From positions 32,001 through 96,000 of the IMG/VR virus record IMGVR_UViG_3300033273_000392: a DNA stretch of 64,000 bases, one strand, 5' to 3'. The DNA comes from a virus. A program made the position numbers and the translations under genes. Below the pieces are notes generated by a model. That model searched no databases and had not been told where the DNA came from. It worked only from the letters and a program-made list of their open reading frames with translations. Shown one piece after another: positions 1-8,317 of the stretch (positions are counted from its first letter, which is position 1; each line of letters opens with the position of its first letter).

Positions 1-882
1 TCTTGCAAGGTTAACTGAACTCAAGCAGCACACAAAAGAATGGGACTCATCTGTATGGAGTGTAATCTCAGAGCAGATGTTGGTCATATAGACCTTTAGC
101 CCATTCTTTTTATACGCGTCTGGGTTGACGTTATTAACGTTTCCTTTAAACATAATGTATGGTTCTCCAGTTGCTCTGCGCTTTCTTAGAACAGCAGCCC
201 AGCGCTTTCTGGATTCCTTATCACCCGCCTCAACTCTTTGCATGAAGCTATCAGAGACAACAACACATTGGTGCATATTTAGACATTGGCGGTTTACATC
301 ACCCTTAGGCTCTCTAATCTCAAGCCATTCCCAAAAGTCACCGTGCTCAATATCAATATTGACCGATGCTGCGCCACGACGAACCGCACCTTGGTTAGTA
401 GCCAAGATAGATGAATCATAGATTTTACAGAATGGGACAATACCATCTGAGGTTCCATTCTGTGAGATATTAGATCCAGCAGGTCTGATTTGGTTCACCC
501 CAATACCTACGCCGCCGCCATGCTTAGCAAGTAGCATCATCTCTAGGTTCTTGTTACCGATATCATGAATAGAATCAGCGACGTCGATACCAAAGCAAGA
601 GATAGGTAGACCTCGTTCTGTACCTGTATTAGAAAGAACAGGAGAAGCTAGGTTTAACCAACCTTTCCAAATGTAGTCGAAAAACTTTGACGCAAGTTCT
701 GGCTTTTGGAGTCTTTTAGCGATAGCAGTTGCCACGCGCCAATAAGCATCCTTTGGTGTCTCTCCTTCTAAGAGATAGCCACGGCTAATTGTCTTTACGT
801 AGATCTCGGTGTTACCCCAAGTAGGAAAGTCTACTCCAAGCTCCCAGCCCAATTCTTCGCCATAGTTCATTTCTTCTTCCAT
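1..882 (-). CDS. nrdA: Ribonucleotide reductase class Ia alpha subunit, N-terminal part (runs off window)
   Basis: Manual translation from ATG at 882: MEEEMNYGEELGW...ASPVLSN..GLPISCF..KHGGGVG..QGAVRRGA..TGEPY..TNICSEI..VCCLSS; next to nrdB. Confidence 0.95.
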   Translation of the reverse strand, partial: MEEEMNYGEELGWELGVDFPTWGNTEIYVKTISRGYLLEGETPKDAYWRVATAIAKRLQKPELASKFFDYIWKGWLNLASPVLSNTGTERGLPISCFGIDVADSIHDIGNKNLEMMLLAKHGGGVGIGVNQIRPAGSNISQNGTSDGIVPFCKIYDSSILATNQGAVRRGAASVNIDIEHGDFWEWLEIREPKGDVNRQCLNMHQCVVVSDSFMQRVEAGDKESRKRWAAVLRKRRATGEPYIMFKGNVNNVNPDAYKKNGLKVYMTNICSEITLHTDESHSFVCCLSSVNLAR

Positions 883-897
883 TTAATAACTGTCTTA

Positions 898-923
898 TTA
901 TACTATGCTAAATAGTTTTGTTT
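898..923 (-). promoter_or_regulatory. Putative middle-type promoter AAAC-N17-TATAA upstream of nrdA
   Basis: Minus strand AAAC aaaactatttagcatag TATAA; same spacing at four other replication-gene sites. Confidence 0.6.
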
Positions 924-1920
924 AAAAAATATCGTCCTCGTCCCAGTTCTCGTCTTCTCCAGCCTTAGAATAGTCTGTTGGTCTTACCGCAAAGAAATCT
1001 GTATGTGTATGTCCACCAGTAAGATGGTAGAACCAATCTAGCTGAGAAGCTGATTCATCATCATACTTCATTTTTGGCTCATAGCCAAGCTCTACAAGCT
1101 TCTCATTTGCTCTCTTGATAATAAAGTTCTTTAGGTCTATTGCCTTAAGATTCTCCAGATCTCCCATCTCAAACATCTTCTCAATAAACTTATGTTCCAT
1201 CTGAACCATAAGCTCTGCTGCATGTTCAACTTCTGGTCTCACAAGCTCCTTAAGCTCTGGGTATTCCTCACACATATGACAGAATAGCTGACATCCCATC
1301 TTAGAATGTAGTGACTCGTCTCTAACTGACCACTTCATTTGCTGTCCAATTCCTTTAAGCATGTTTCTCATCTGAAATGAGTACAATACTGCAAATGAAG
1401 AGTATAGTGAAACTCCTTCGGCAAACGCTGAGAAAATAGCTAGAGACCTTGCCACATCCTTACGTGCTCTTGCATCTTTAGATAAATCGTCGTGTGTATA
1501 GTCTGCTTCGGTTGAAGTTAGCATTTCAAACTTCTCTGCAACCGCAGGCTCATGTAAGAATGCTGAGAAATCTTCAAGTCCTAGTGTTTCGTTTAAATAT
1601 GAGTATGCTGTGGCGTGAATAGTCTCTTGAGAGCCAAACATCATAGCCATCTGCTTAATTTCGTGTTTTGGGAACCAGCGAGTAACCATAGTTGTCCAAT
1701 AATCGGAAACTGCACATTCGGTCTGTGCAAAACCCAATAGGATATTACCCACGATGTTCTTTTCATGTGGTAATAACGCCTCGTTCCAATCTTTTACATC
1801 ACCCTGCATTGAGATTTCGGTATGTAACCAAAATGCTTGGGCCTGTTTTAACCATCCTTCTAAGTAATATACGGGGTACTCAAAAGGCTTATATTCAATT
1901 CTTTCTTTAAAAAGTGACAT
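922..1920 (-). CDS. nrdB: Ribonucleotide reductase class Ia beta subunit
   Basis: YKPFEYP, AFWLHTEI, QETIHATAYS, FAEGVSLYSSF, VRDESLH di-iron motifs, DFFAVRPTDY; ATG at 1920 preferred over upstream TTG. Confidence 0.95.
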   Translation of the reverse strand: MSLFKERIEYKPFEYPVYYLEGWLKQAQAFWLHTEISMQGDVKDWNEALLPHEKNIVGNILLGFAQTECAVSDYWTTMVTRWFPKHEIKQMAMMFGSQETIHATAYSYLNETLGLEDFSAFLHEPAVAEKFEMLTSTEADYTHDDLSKDARARKDVARSLAIFSAFAEGVSLYSSFAVLYSFQMRNMLKGIGQQMKWSVRDESLHSKMGCQLFCHMCEEYPELKELVRPEVEHAAELMVQMEHKFIEKMFEMGDLENLKAIDLKNFIIKRANEKLVELGYEPKMKYDDESASQLDWFYHLTGGHTHTDFFAVRPTDYSKAGEDENWDEDDIF

Positions 1921-1945
1921 TTTGCTATTATTTTTTACATAAGTC

Positions 1946-1968
1946 GAAAAACGGCCTATCTCTAGGCC
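1946..1968 (-). terminator. Terminator-like hairpin between polB-N and nrdB
   Basis: Minus strand CGGCCTA-GAGA-TAGGCCG followed by TTTTT. Confidence 0.55.
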
Positions 1969-2048
1969 GACATCCAACTCATAATCTAAAAATACTAGCA
2001 GCGCTGCAAGTGATTTATATATTTGAAATGCTGCTTGTAATTTCCAAA

Positions 2049-3452
2049 TTAAGAGTTAAACTTTTTCTTCAATTCCCTAGCTTTTTCGTAAAAATCATAC
2101 GAAGTTTTCTTGTATTGTTTACGCTGGGCATATAGATCTGTTAGAATCTTTCTAAGGATAGAATCCTCTTTTTGATAAACGACACCGTTTTCGCATACTA
2201 TGACATCTTCATCTTTACGACGCGTATTTATCTGGTCCTGAGTTACCATTTCGACGTATGAGTCAGGTGAGATATTAAACTGACGCATGATAGAAGGGTA
2301 TAGGGATGCAAAGTCAAATGCGCTAACTCCGCTATAATATCCTGAGATGGGTTCCTTGACAAATGCACCGGCGTACTTGCCGTCTTTCTTACCATCTTCT
2401 TTATCATACTCAATGCCAACTCGCTTATTCTGTTCAACAAGCTTACGTGCAATGAGTGCTTCAGTAACCGCCACTGGAGATGCTGCCTTATACAATGGCA
2501 TCTTCGTAATAGTGGCTAGCGTAAGAAGAACCTCCATGCTTCTAAGCTTCTCGTCAATATAGTATACAAGAATAGAGTCAACTACGTTATAGAATACGTA
2601 TTTCTTAAAGTCATTCTCATAAAGATCTTGAAGCGATCCTTGATACTTAATCTTCTTTACATTAAGAACCTGACCAGAAACATAGTCGAGTGTATTAGAT
2701 TCCTTTACCTTAACAGAACGATCATACTTATCGTAAAGCTGCATGTAGTCCAAGATTCCCATATGCAATGGACGGCTATCATTACGGTCTAATTCACCGG
2801 TAATTGCCACTTCGCTAAGGTCGATCTGAAGTCTCTTACATCGGTTTACAATATATTGCCAGTCATAGTTAATAAAGTTCCATCCTGTCATCATAGGAAA
2901 CTTAGGAAGGAACTTATGCAAGAAAGTGTACAGCATATTGTACTCGTCCTTAAACTTGTAATAGCTAAACTCCCAGTCTTGATCGTATCCCTCGAAATGT
3001 GCGTTGGTATCTTCCTCGATCTTTTTGATTTGATCAGAAGAAAGATCGTCTAGACCAAGAACAATTGCCTTACGTTCTGGTGTAATAATAGAGAACGTAA
3101 GAATACGGGACTTAGCTTCCTCTGGTTTAGGAAAGCCATCTACGATCTCGGTCTCGATATCGACAAAATATGTTCTAGGGATATTGAACTCAAAGATCTC
3201 GTTACGGTCCTTTTCAGGAAGGCTGTCCATAAAATAGATCAATGAGAACTTATTAAATGCTCTTGATCGATTCTTCTTTACACAACGTCCATCCCAATTT
3301 AGAATTCCCTCTTGGCGATCTCGGTCTTCGTTATTAGTGACAACCCAGTTCTCAAATTGTGAGACTGGATATCTTTTAAAGCTTACCTTACCCTCCCTGT
3401 TATAGTAACTTACAATTACCTCGGAATCTCTCTGCTCAATATCAAGTAGCAT
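2049..3452 (-). CDS. gp43: Family B DNA polymerase, N-terminal subunit of a split gp43-like enzyme (3'-5' exonuclease + motif A)
   Basis: ExoI VDIETE, ExoII GWNFINYD, ExoIII YNVVD, motif A FDFASLYPSI; ends in fingers helix with no complete motif B or YGDTDS motif C. Confidence 0.88.
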   Translation of the reverse strand: MLLDIEQRDSEVIVSYYNREGKVSFKRYPVSQFENWVVTNNEDRDRQEGILNWDGRCVKKNRSRAFNKFSLIYFMDSLPEKDRNEIFEFNIPRTYFVDIETEIVDGFPKPEEAKSRILTFSIITPERKAIVLGLDDLSSDQIKKIEEDTNAHFEGYDQDWEFSYYKFKDEYNMLYTFLHKFLPKFPMMTGWNFINYDWQYIVNRCKRLQIDLSEVAITGELDRNDSRPLHMGILDYMQLYDKYDRSVKVKESNTLDYVSGQVLNVKKIKYQGSLQDLYENDFKKYVFYNVVDSILVYYIDEKLRSMEVLLTLATITKMPLYKAASPVAVTEALIARKLVEQNKRVGIEYDKEDGKKDGKYAGAFVKEPISGYYSGVSAFDFASLYPSIMRQFNISPDSYVEMVTQDQINTRRKDEDVIVCENGVVYQKEDSILRKILTDLYAQRKQYKKTSYDFYEKARELKKKFNS

Positions 3453-3916
3453 TAGTATCCGCGGTTTTGGCGATCGTGATTCTCTTCGTTTTTAGCCATA
3501 TATAGATTGACTACATCTTTTGCAGTCATTCCAATTGAAATGGCAAAGTTCATATAGAAATGAAGACCATCAATCCACTCGTAGTAAAGCTCGAGGCGAT
3601 CATCATCGGAAAGGTCTTCGATACGCATATCTTTTGCCTTAACGTTATCCTTTTTCCAGTATTTCCAAGCCGCTGATGCAATACCATCATTAACTCCTCC
3701 AAGTGCATCAAACATTTCATTAAGCTCATCACTCATTGCATGTTTGTTAACACACCAAAAGTCTGCGATTTCTTTAAGAGTCCATCCATCAAAGTTAAAT
3801 CCTAGGCGCTCTTGCAATTCTTTTTGCTTGTTGTAAACCATGCCTAGAGTATCATTTGACTCAGTATAGTAGTCCTTAACTTCTAGATCTGCACATTTAT
3901 TGTCTGCGTTAGCCAT
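3452..3916 (-). CDS. All-alpha dNTP pyrophosphohydrolase (T4 gp56 dCTPase/dimeric dUTPase-like)
   Basis: DELNEMFDAL, WKYWKK, EWIDGLHF, C-terminal YMAKNEENHDRQNRGY. Confidence 0.8.
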   Translation of the reverse strand: MANADNKCADLEVKDYYTESNDTLGMVYNKQKELQERLGFNFDGWTLKEIADFWCVNKHAMSDELNEMFDALGGVNDGIASAAWKYWKKDNVKAKDMRIEDLSDDDRLELYYEWIDGLHFYMNFAISIGMTAKDVVNLYMAKNEENHDRQNRGY

Positions 3917-3929
3917 GTGTTTTTGTTTT

Positions 3930-3955
3930 TTCTATTCGTATTTGTAATATTGTTT
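3930..3955 (-). promoter_or_regulatory. Putative middle-type promoter variant AAAC-N17-TAGAA upstream of dNTPase/polB-N
   Basis: Minus strand GAAAC aatattacaaatacgaa TAGAA. Confidence 0.45.
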
Positions 3956-4851
3956 CACTTATCAGTATCTCTAATCTCTCCCCATTCTCTTTGCGAGTCT
4001 ATTGTCTTTTTAGTCTTTTCAAAATCTGGTTTAGGATCGCCGCCTACATTCCAAAACCAAGCACCTGGAGATCCATGCTTTACCATAAATTCCCATGCCT
4101 TGGCGTCATAGTTAAGCGCAGATGGGAAAGGGGGGAAGAATTCTGAACTTACATTTTGGTTAAACGCTTTTGGGTGGCTCCACATAGTAGCGCGGCCTCT
4201 TTCTCCTTTCTGTATATTACGAGCAACCGCAACCGCATTAAACTTAGTATCTGGCCATGCAATCTGCAATGAGCGTTGCAAGACGCCTGTTGAAATAGCC
4301 GACCATGCCTCTTCAGGATATCCATGATTCTCTGCTAAGTCATAAGCAACCTTTACAGCAGCCGCAGTAACCCACTCGTGCTTAAGGCCGAGGGGGATAA
4401 AAAATGCATTGTTATCTTCTGCCCAATCTTTTGCTATCTTATTTAGGTTAGGCATAGCAGCGATTCTACGGAACTTCATTTCAGCACCACGCTCTACACA
4501 GATTGCCTGGTGATCTGAAATCTCTTTCTGGCTTGGGCTAAAGAGAACAAGCCTCTTATTATACTTCTTGGCTAAATATGCAAGAGAGATACCTGCGAAT
4601 CCATACCTAGGCTGAACATATACCAATGTATCTGACTCTGCCTTTTGTACTAGGATATCTCCGAATCTACACTTTGATCCAAAGCCCATCATATCTTCGC
4701 GCACTACTTTAAATCCATCATGCTCAACGATTTCAGGAGCATCGAATGGATCTTTCCAGTCCCCTGCTAGTTCTAGCCACGCGTCTCTATTAGGGTACAT
4801 AAGGTTTAAGTCCTGATTATACTCGCTTTCTGTATGTTTGTTATGAGCCAT
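3955..4851 (-). CDS. PLP-dependent enzyme (fold type II) of the kind found in phage DNA-hypermodification clusters
   Basis: VVREDMMGFGSKCR (PLP lysine), GFAGISLAYLAKKY, AISTGVL, NYDAKAW, FWNVGG; next to aGPT-Pplase-like gene. Confidence 0.75.
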   Translation of the reverse strand: MAHNKHTESEYNQDLNLMYPNRDAWLELAGDWKDPFDAPEIVEHDGFKVVREDMMGFGSKCRFGDILVQKAESDTLVYVQPRYGFAGISLAYLAKKYNKRLVLFSPSQKEISDHQAICVERGAEMKFRRIAAMPNLNKIAKDWAEDNNAFFIPLGLKHEWVTAAAVKVAYDLAENHGYPEEAWSAISTGVLQRSLQIAWPDTKFNAVAVARNIQKGERGRATMWSHPKAFNQNVSSEFFPPFPSALNYDAKAWEFMVKHGSPGAWFWNVGGDPKPDFEKTKKTIDSQREWGEIRDTDK

Positions 4852-6055
4852 ATAGTTCTGATACTTTTTGTTTGTATGATTCTACTGTGAGACCCGCTTC
4901 AGCAATAATCTTGTCATCGCTAGGGTGATGGGTCATACCGTTAAAGGTTTCTACTAGACCGAGATCTAGCATAGCCTTCTGTCTACCAAATGGATGGTCT
5001 TTGATAGTCGATGAGTTCCATAGGCTATCCATATCAATATGCTTATAGTCAGCGCCGGGTCTCATATAGTTTTCAATCCAACGGATAAAGTCACACGCAA
5101 CATCCTCTGCGTTATATGGAAGTGAACCAGTCTCTTCATATATCTTTGTCATCACGGCATCAAGGAATGGTTCTGACTTTTTGCCCTTTCCGCTAACCGG
5201 ATCAGCAAGATATCCAATACATTCCACTGCGTTTGTCCCATAGTAGAACATAGACTCGCGGTTCACATATTCAGGGAACCAATCAGCAATATCAGCTAAG
5301 ACAGCAGCATACTGGAACTTATAAGCTCTAAGGCCATTTTCTTTATTCCAATCAAACATCCATTGTCCGATGTCTCTGAGATTCTTTTTATCTCCCTCTT
5401 CAAGGTAGTTAGCCAAGTCACGAGCTAATCTAGGTGCAAATTCACAAAGGAAATAATCACCGCCTCTCTTATAACGATACTTAGGGCCTTCAAACCCTGC
5501 CATACCAACAAATAAATCTCCCTCTTCAACCGCCGGCGGCTTAGGGAACGCAGGGAACTGATATCCAACAGAAGTATAGAAAGACTTTGTAGCGCCTTTC
5601 ACCTGTTCACACATCTGTTCAATAGTATCGGATTGCCACAAGTCAAATAGGAGTGTGTTATGATATCCGCTAGGCTTAGTAGCATAGTTGATTGCCGATC
5701 CACAAACCCTGTGCAAGATAAACACATATAGCCATTCAGGAAGGCCAAATACATCCTGCTTTCCAGTCCAGTTTGTAGCTACATCTTTTCTTTGTGGCGT
5801 GATAAGACCCTCTTGCATGCGAGACCAATACGGATGGTCTTCTGTCCATCCGTAAAAACAGTCGTTTACAATCTGGCTAAATCCAGCAAACTTACGTTCA
5901 ACCACATCGTAGAGTTCGATATGTTCCATAAGAGGATCGTTCATATCAGATTCCTGATGCGGTATATGTCCTAGATTAGACTTCTTCTGCTGATCTAGAG
6001 CTAAGTTGTAATAACGGATAAACTCGTCATAGTATTTTGTAGTAGTAATATCCAT
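4841..6055 (-). CDS. Divergent aGPT-Pplase family (5-hmdU DNA kinase helical domain / amino acid:DNA transferase superfamily) DNA-modifying protein
   Basis: Ordered blocks DPLM..DVVER, LHRVCGS, FYTSVGY, FQYAAVLADI, YYGTNA, EDVACDFIRW resemble the family pattern DPIL..NVxRE / FRxFN / FxAYxxxxDL / GPGA / LCEFDKY (recalled). Confidence 0.6.
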   Translation of the reverse strand: MDITTTKYYDEFIRYYNLALDQQKKSNLGHIPHQESDMNDPLMEHIELYDVVERKFAGFSQIVNDCFYGWTEDHPYWSRMQEGLITPQRKDVATNWTGKQDVFGLPEWLYVFILHRVCGSAINYATKPSGYHNTLLFDLWQSDTIEQMCEQVKGATKSFYTSVGYQFPAFPKPPAVEEGDLFVGMAGFEGPKYRYKRGGDYFLCEFAPRLARDLANYLEEGDKKNLRDIGQWMFDWNKENGLRAYKFQYAAVLADIADWFPEYVNRESMFYYGTNAVECIGYLADPVSGKGKKSEPFLDAVMTKIYEETGSLPYNAEDVACDFIRWIENYMRPGADYKHIDMDSLWNSSTIKDHPFGRQKAMLDLGLVETFNGMTHHPSDDKIIAEAGLTVESYKQKVSELYGS

Positions 6056-7131
6056 TAAAAAAGAGCTGCTTGAATTTTTGTCTCGCCAAATTTTTTGTTT
6101 TCTTCGTCTTTAATTAAATCCCATCGATAGAACTCACGCGCAATATGTACCGACTTAGGCTTTTCCATAACATCAAATGTAAGTTCGCCTAGACTGTTTT
6201 TGTAACATGCTGGATGTTGCCATGTTTTCCATTCATTCCTAGCGCACATCGATACAACAAGTTCATTAAATTCTTTTACGAGATTAGTTCTTTCTTCCCA
6301 AGTTCCAAAGTAAGGCGTATCTTTATAGTAACCTGTCTTTGGTAGTTTTCTAGATACGTCTTCAATAGGCAAAGCTTGTACTACCTCAATGTCATTAATT
6401 CCTAAGTCTTGTAGCTGTAGCTCATATTCTAGCATCATGCTTTTAAGTGATGAATGTGGATCCTTCTGTCTCATTAGGTGGTGTCTTATATCTATATTAC
6501 CTAAATACACTCGAAGTGAATTAATTCCACTTGGAACATAAGTAGAAATACCACGCTTTAAGGTACCGAAGAGTGTCAATCCATCATTTCTATCACACAT
6601 AAAACCAGGAGTATACTGACTGAATGAATGAGAATCGCCAAAGCAAAGCTTATCTGTCTTTTCAATAAGGTCTACTCGCTTGATTTCTTTACAGATTTTC
6701 TTTGCTTCATCAATAGATGACTCAAGCGTCTTAAACAGATCCGAACCCGTCTTAAGCCTCTTTTCAATAAGAGTACCAACACATGGCATATCATGATGCA
6801 ATGAGTACATGCGAACCTTCTTAAAAAGCCGGTTGACCTGTCGGTACAAGTCATCATTGGCACCTCCAAAGATATTAAAGTTGCCCTTGAATTCCATACC
6901 ATGTTCTAGAAGGATAACGTCATAGTCTTCCCAATTTGTAGTATTATCATTGATAACACTCACACTAGGATAACCAGCATGCCACAATTGATTGCAAAGC
7001 ATATAAGCCCATCCCGCTTTATGCGAAGTGGGCTTAGAACTAAGCTTACCAACAATTGGGCATATACCAATCTTGATTCTAGTGTCAGGCTCGAGATCCG
7101 TAAAGTATACTTTATTGTTCGTATCCGGCAT
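6055..7131 (-). CDS. Fusion of T4 beta-glucosyltransferase-like N-terminal domain and SGNH-hydrolase-like C-terminal domain
   Basis: N-term IKIGI..EDYDVILL..NFNIFGG..YSLHHDMP parallels T4 BGT; C-term FGDSHS, GNIDIR, KSVHI. Confidence 0.5.
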   Translation of the reverse strand: MPDTNNKVYFTDLEPDTRIKIGICPIVGKLSSKPTSHKAGWAYMLCNQLWHAGYPSVSVINDNTTNWEDYDVILLEHGMEFKGNFNIFGGANDDLYRQVNRLFKKVRMYSLHHDMPCVGTLIEKRLKTGSDLFKTLESSIDEAKKICKEIKRVDLIEKTDKLCFGDSHSFSQYTPGFMCDRNDGLTLFGTLKRGISTYVPSGINSLRVYLGNIDIRHHLMRQKDPHSSLKSMMLEYELQLQDLGINDIEVVQALPIEDVSRKLPKTGYYKDTPYFGTWEERTNLVKEFNELVVSMCARNEWKTWQHPACYKNSLGELTFDVMEKPKSVHIAREFYRWDLIKDEENKKFGETKIQAALF

Positions 7132-7441
7132 CTGCGTCTGATAGATCTATTGGAGCTTCGTTATCCTTGTAACCGTACTTTTTGATATAGTTATCAAGGC
7201 CACCGATATATGCGACTGCGTCAAGCAAGTTATCTTGTTTGTAGTTATATGAATGTCGGCTAAGCTTAAGGGCAACAAGAGCTGCATACATGTCAGATCC
7301 TGTCCACTCTTTACCTGTCATACCTGAACAAATCATAGCTGCACGGCGCATACCTTCTTCAAAGGGGCCATACATTCTTTCTTTTTCTTCAGATCGATGA
7401 TTAATAATCTGATCAGCGTCTTTAAGAATGTTATTACTCAT
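7112..7441 (-). CDS. DUF6378-like small alpha-helical nucleotide-modification-associated protein
   Basis: ILKDADQII..RMYGPF..ALKLSR..DNLLDAVAY pattern. Confidence 0.65.
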   Translation of the reverse strand: MSNNILKDADQIINHRSEEKERMYGPFEEGMRRAAMICSGMTGKEWTGSDMYAALVALKLSRHSYNYKQDNLLDAVAYIGGLDNYIKKYGYKDNEAPIDLSDADAGYEQ

Positions 7442-7457
7442 GAGATACTTTTCTTTT

Positions 7458-7483
7458 TTATACTAAAAAGCCGCGAAATGTTT
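7458..7483 (-). promoter_or_regulatory. Putative middle-type promoter AAAC-N17-TATAA heading the modification/polymerase operon
   Basis: Minus strand GAAAC atttcgcggctttttag TATAA; overlaps terminator hairpin. Confidence 0.6.
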
Positions 7484-7493
7484 CACGGCTTTT
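7465..7493 (-). terminator. Rho-independent terminator (possibly bidirectional)
   Basis: AAAAGCCGTGAAA-CA-TTTCGCGGCTTTTT immediately after stop at 7497. Confidence 0.75.
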
Positions 7494-7496
7494 CTA

Positions 7497-7736
7497 TTAA
7501 ACCAACTCTTCTTTGTATAGCTTGGCAATATATTGTTCAAGCATAGCGGCATTGAATCCATCAAGGCTCGCATAGAAGCGCGTCATCGCGCCGTATGGAC
7601 CGGCTAGTTGATATGATTCCGACCACTTTTTAGATAGATGTTCGACCATCATAGGACCCAACTCGCCGTAACAATCCTCGATGAAGTTAGGGGGATAGTT
7701 CATAGCGAACATCACGAAGTCTTTGTATTTCTTCAT
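7497..7736 (-). CDS. Hypothetical protein (79 aa)
   Basis: ORF in compact three-gene cassette; ATGA overlap with upstream ORF. Confidence 0.7.
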   Translation of the reverse strand: MKKYKDFVMFAMNYPPNFIEDCYGELGPMMVEHLSKKWSESYQLAGPYGAMTRFYASLDGFNAAMLEQYIAKLYKEELV

Positions 7737-7870
7737 GCCTCCATTTCGATTCGTTCGAGTTCAGCTTCGATTTCAAGGGCCAAATTACGACGTTGGCTCT
7801 CTGTCATTGCCATGATTTCAACCATGGAATATCCTGCATCTTTCAGCAGTTCAATAGCGTAGTTATTCAT
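7733..7870 (-). CDS. Small hypothetical protein (45 aa, MNNYAIELLKDAGYS...), absent from ORF track
   Basis: Manual translation; A-rich leader, fills the gap, ATGA overlap with downstream gene. Confidence 0.65.
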   Translation of the reverse strand: MNNYAIELLKDAGYSMVEIMAMTESQRRNLALEIEAELERIEMEA

Positions 7871-7882
7871 TTTCTTTTTAGA

Positions 7883-8281
7883 TTAGTAGCGAAGACCTCC
7901 GATAACAGAAGCAGGGAATTTATAGACCTTTCCAGTGTTGACATTTTCAGCCAAGAGTGGGTACTTTCGAGATCGTGGCTTCAAACCAGTAATCTTGTAA
8001 GTTTCATAACGGAACTCAAAGGTATCGCCGAGCTTATAGCCGTTAATGCCAAAGCTAGACGCATAGCGGTTAAAGTCAGTTGCTTCTTTGGTCATCACAG
8101 TGCCATTCTTTGCAACCGTGGAGATGTTGATCTTAGTAGTGCAGTTTGTTGGTGAGAAACTAGAGTTTCCAACTTCAATCTTAACGCCGTAGCGCTTTGC
8201 GACTTTGGCCAACGCAATTTCGATGTCGTCGGCAATCTGGCGGACCGATGCACGGTCAAGGGAAGAAATAGCTTTACTCAT
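7883..8281 (-). CDS. Hypothetical phage protein (132 aa)
   Basis: Clean ORF, first gene of cassette; C-terminal beta-rich segment YKITGLKPRSRKYP. Confidence 0.75.
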   Translation of the reverse strand: MSKAISSLDRASVRQIADDIEIALAKVAKRYGVKIEVGNSSFSPTNCTTKINISTVAKNGTVMTKEATDFNRYASSFGINGYKLGDTFEFRYETYKITGLKPRSRKYPLLAENVNTGKVYKFPASVIGGLRY

Positions 8282-8317
8282 GAGAGAATTGATTTGTTTA
8301 ACTGATTAACTTTACAT

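Noticed and set aside
2010-2070. PolB-N ends KKKFNS-stop-FGNYKQHFKYI, superficially like motif B (KxxxNSxYG..HFRY), suggesting read-through or a pseudogene
   Set aside because: Spacing from the RK fingers motif is too short, a second TAA follows within 12 codons and no motif C exists downstream; most likely coincidence, at most a relic
1-3452. Introns, inteins or homing endonucleases in nrdA, nrdB or polB
   Set aside because: Visible reading frames are continuous and of normal length with no splicing or endonuclease motifs
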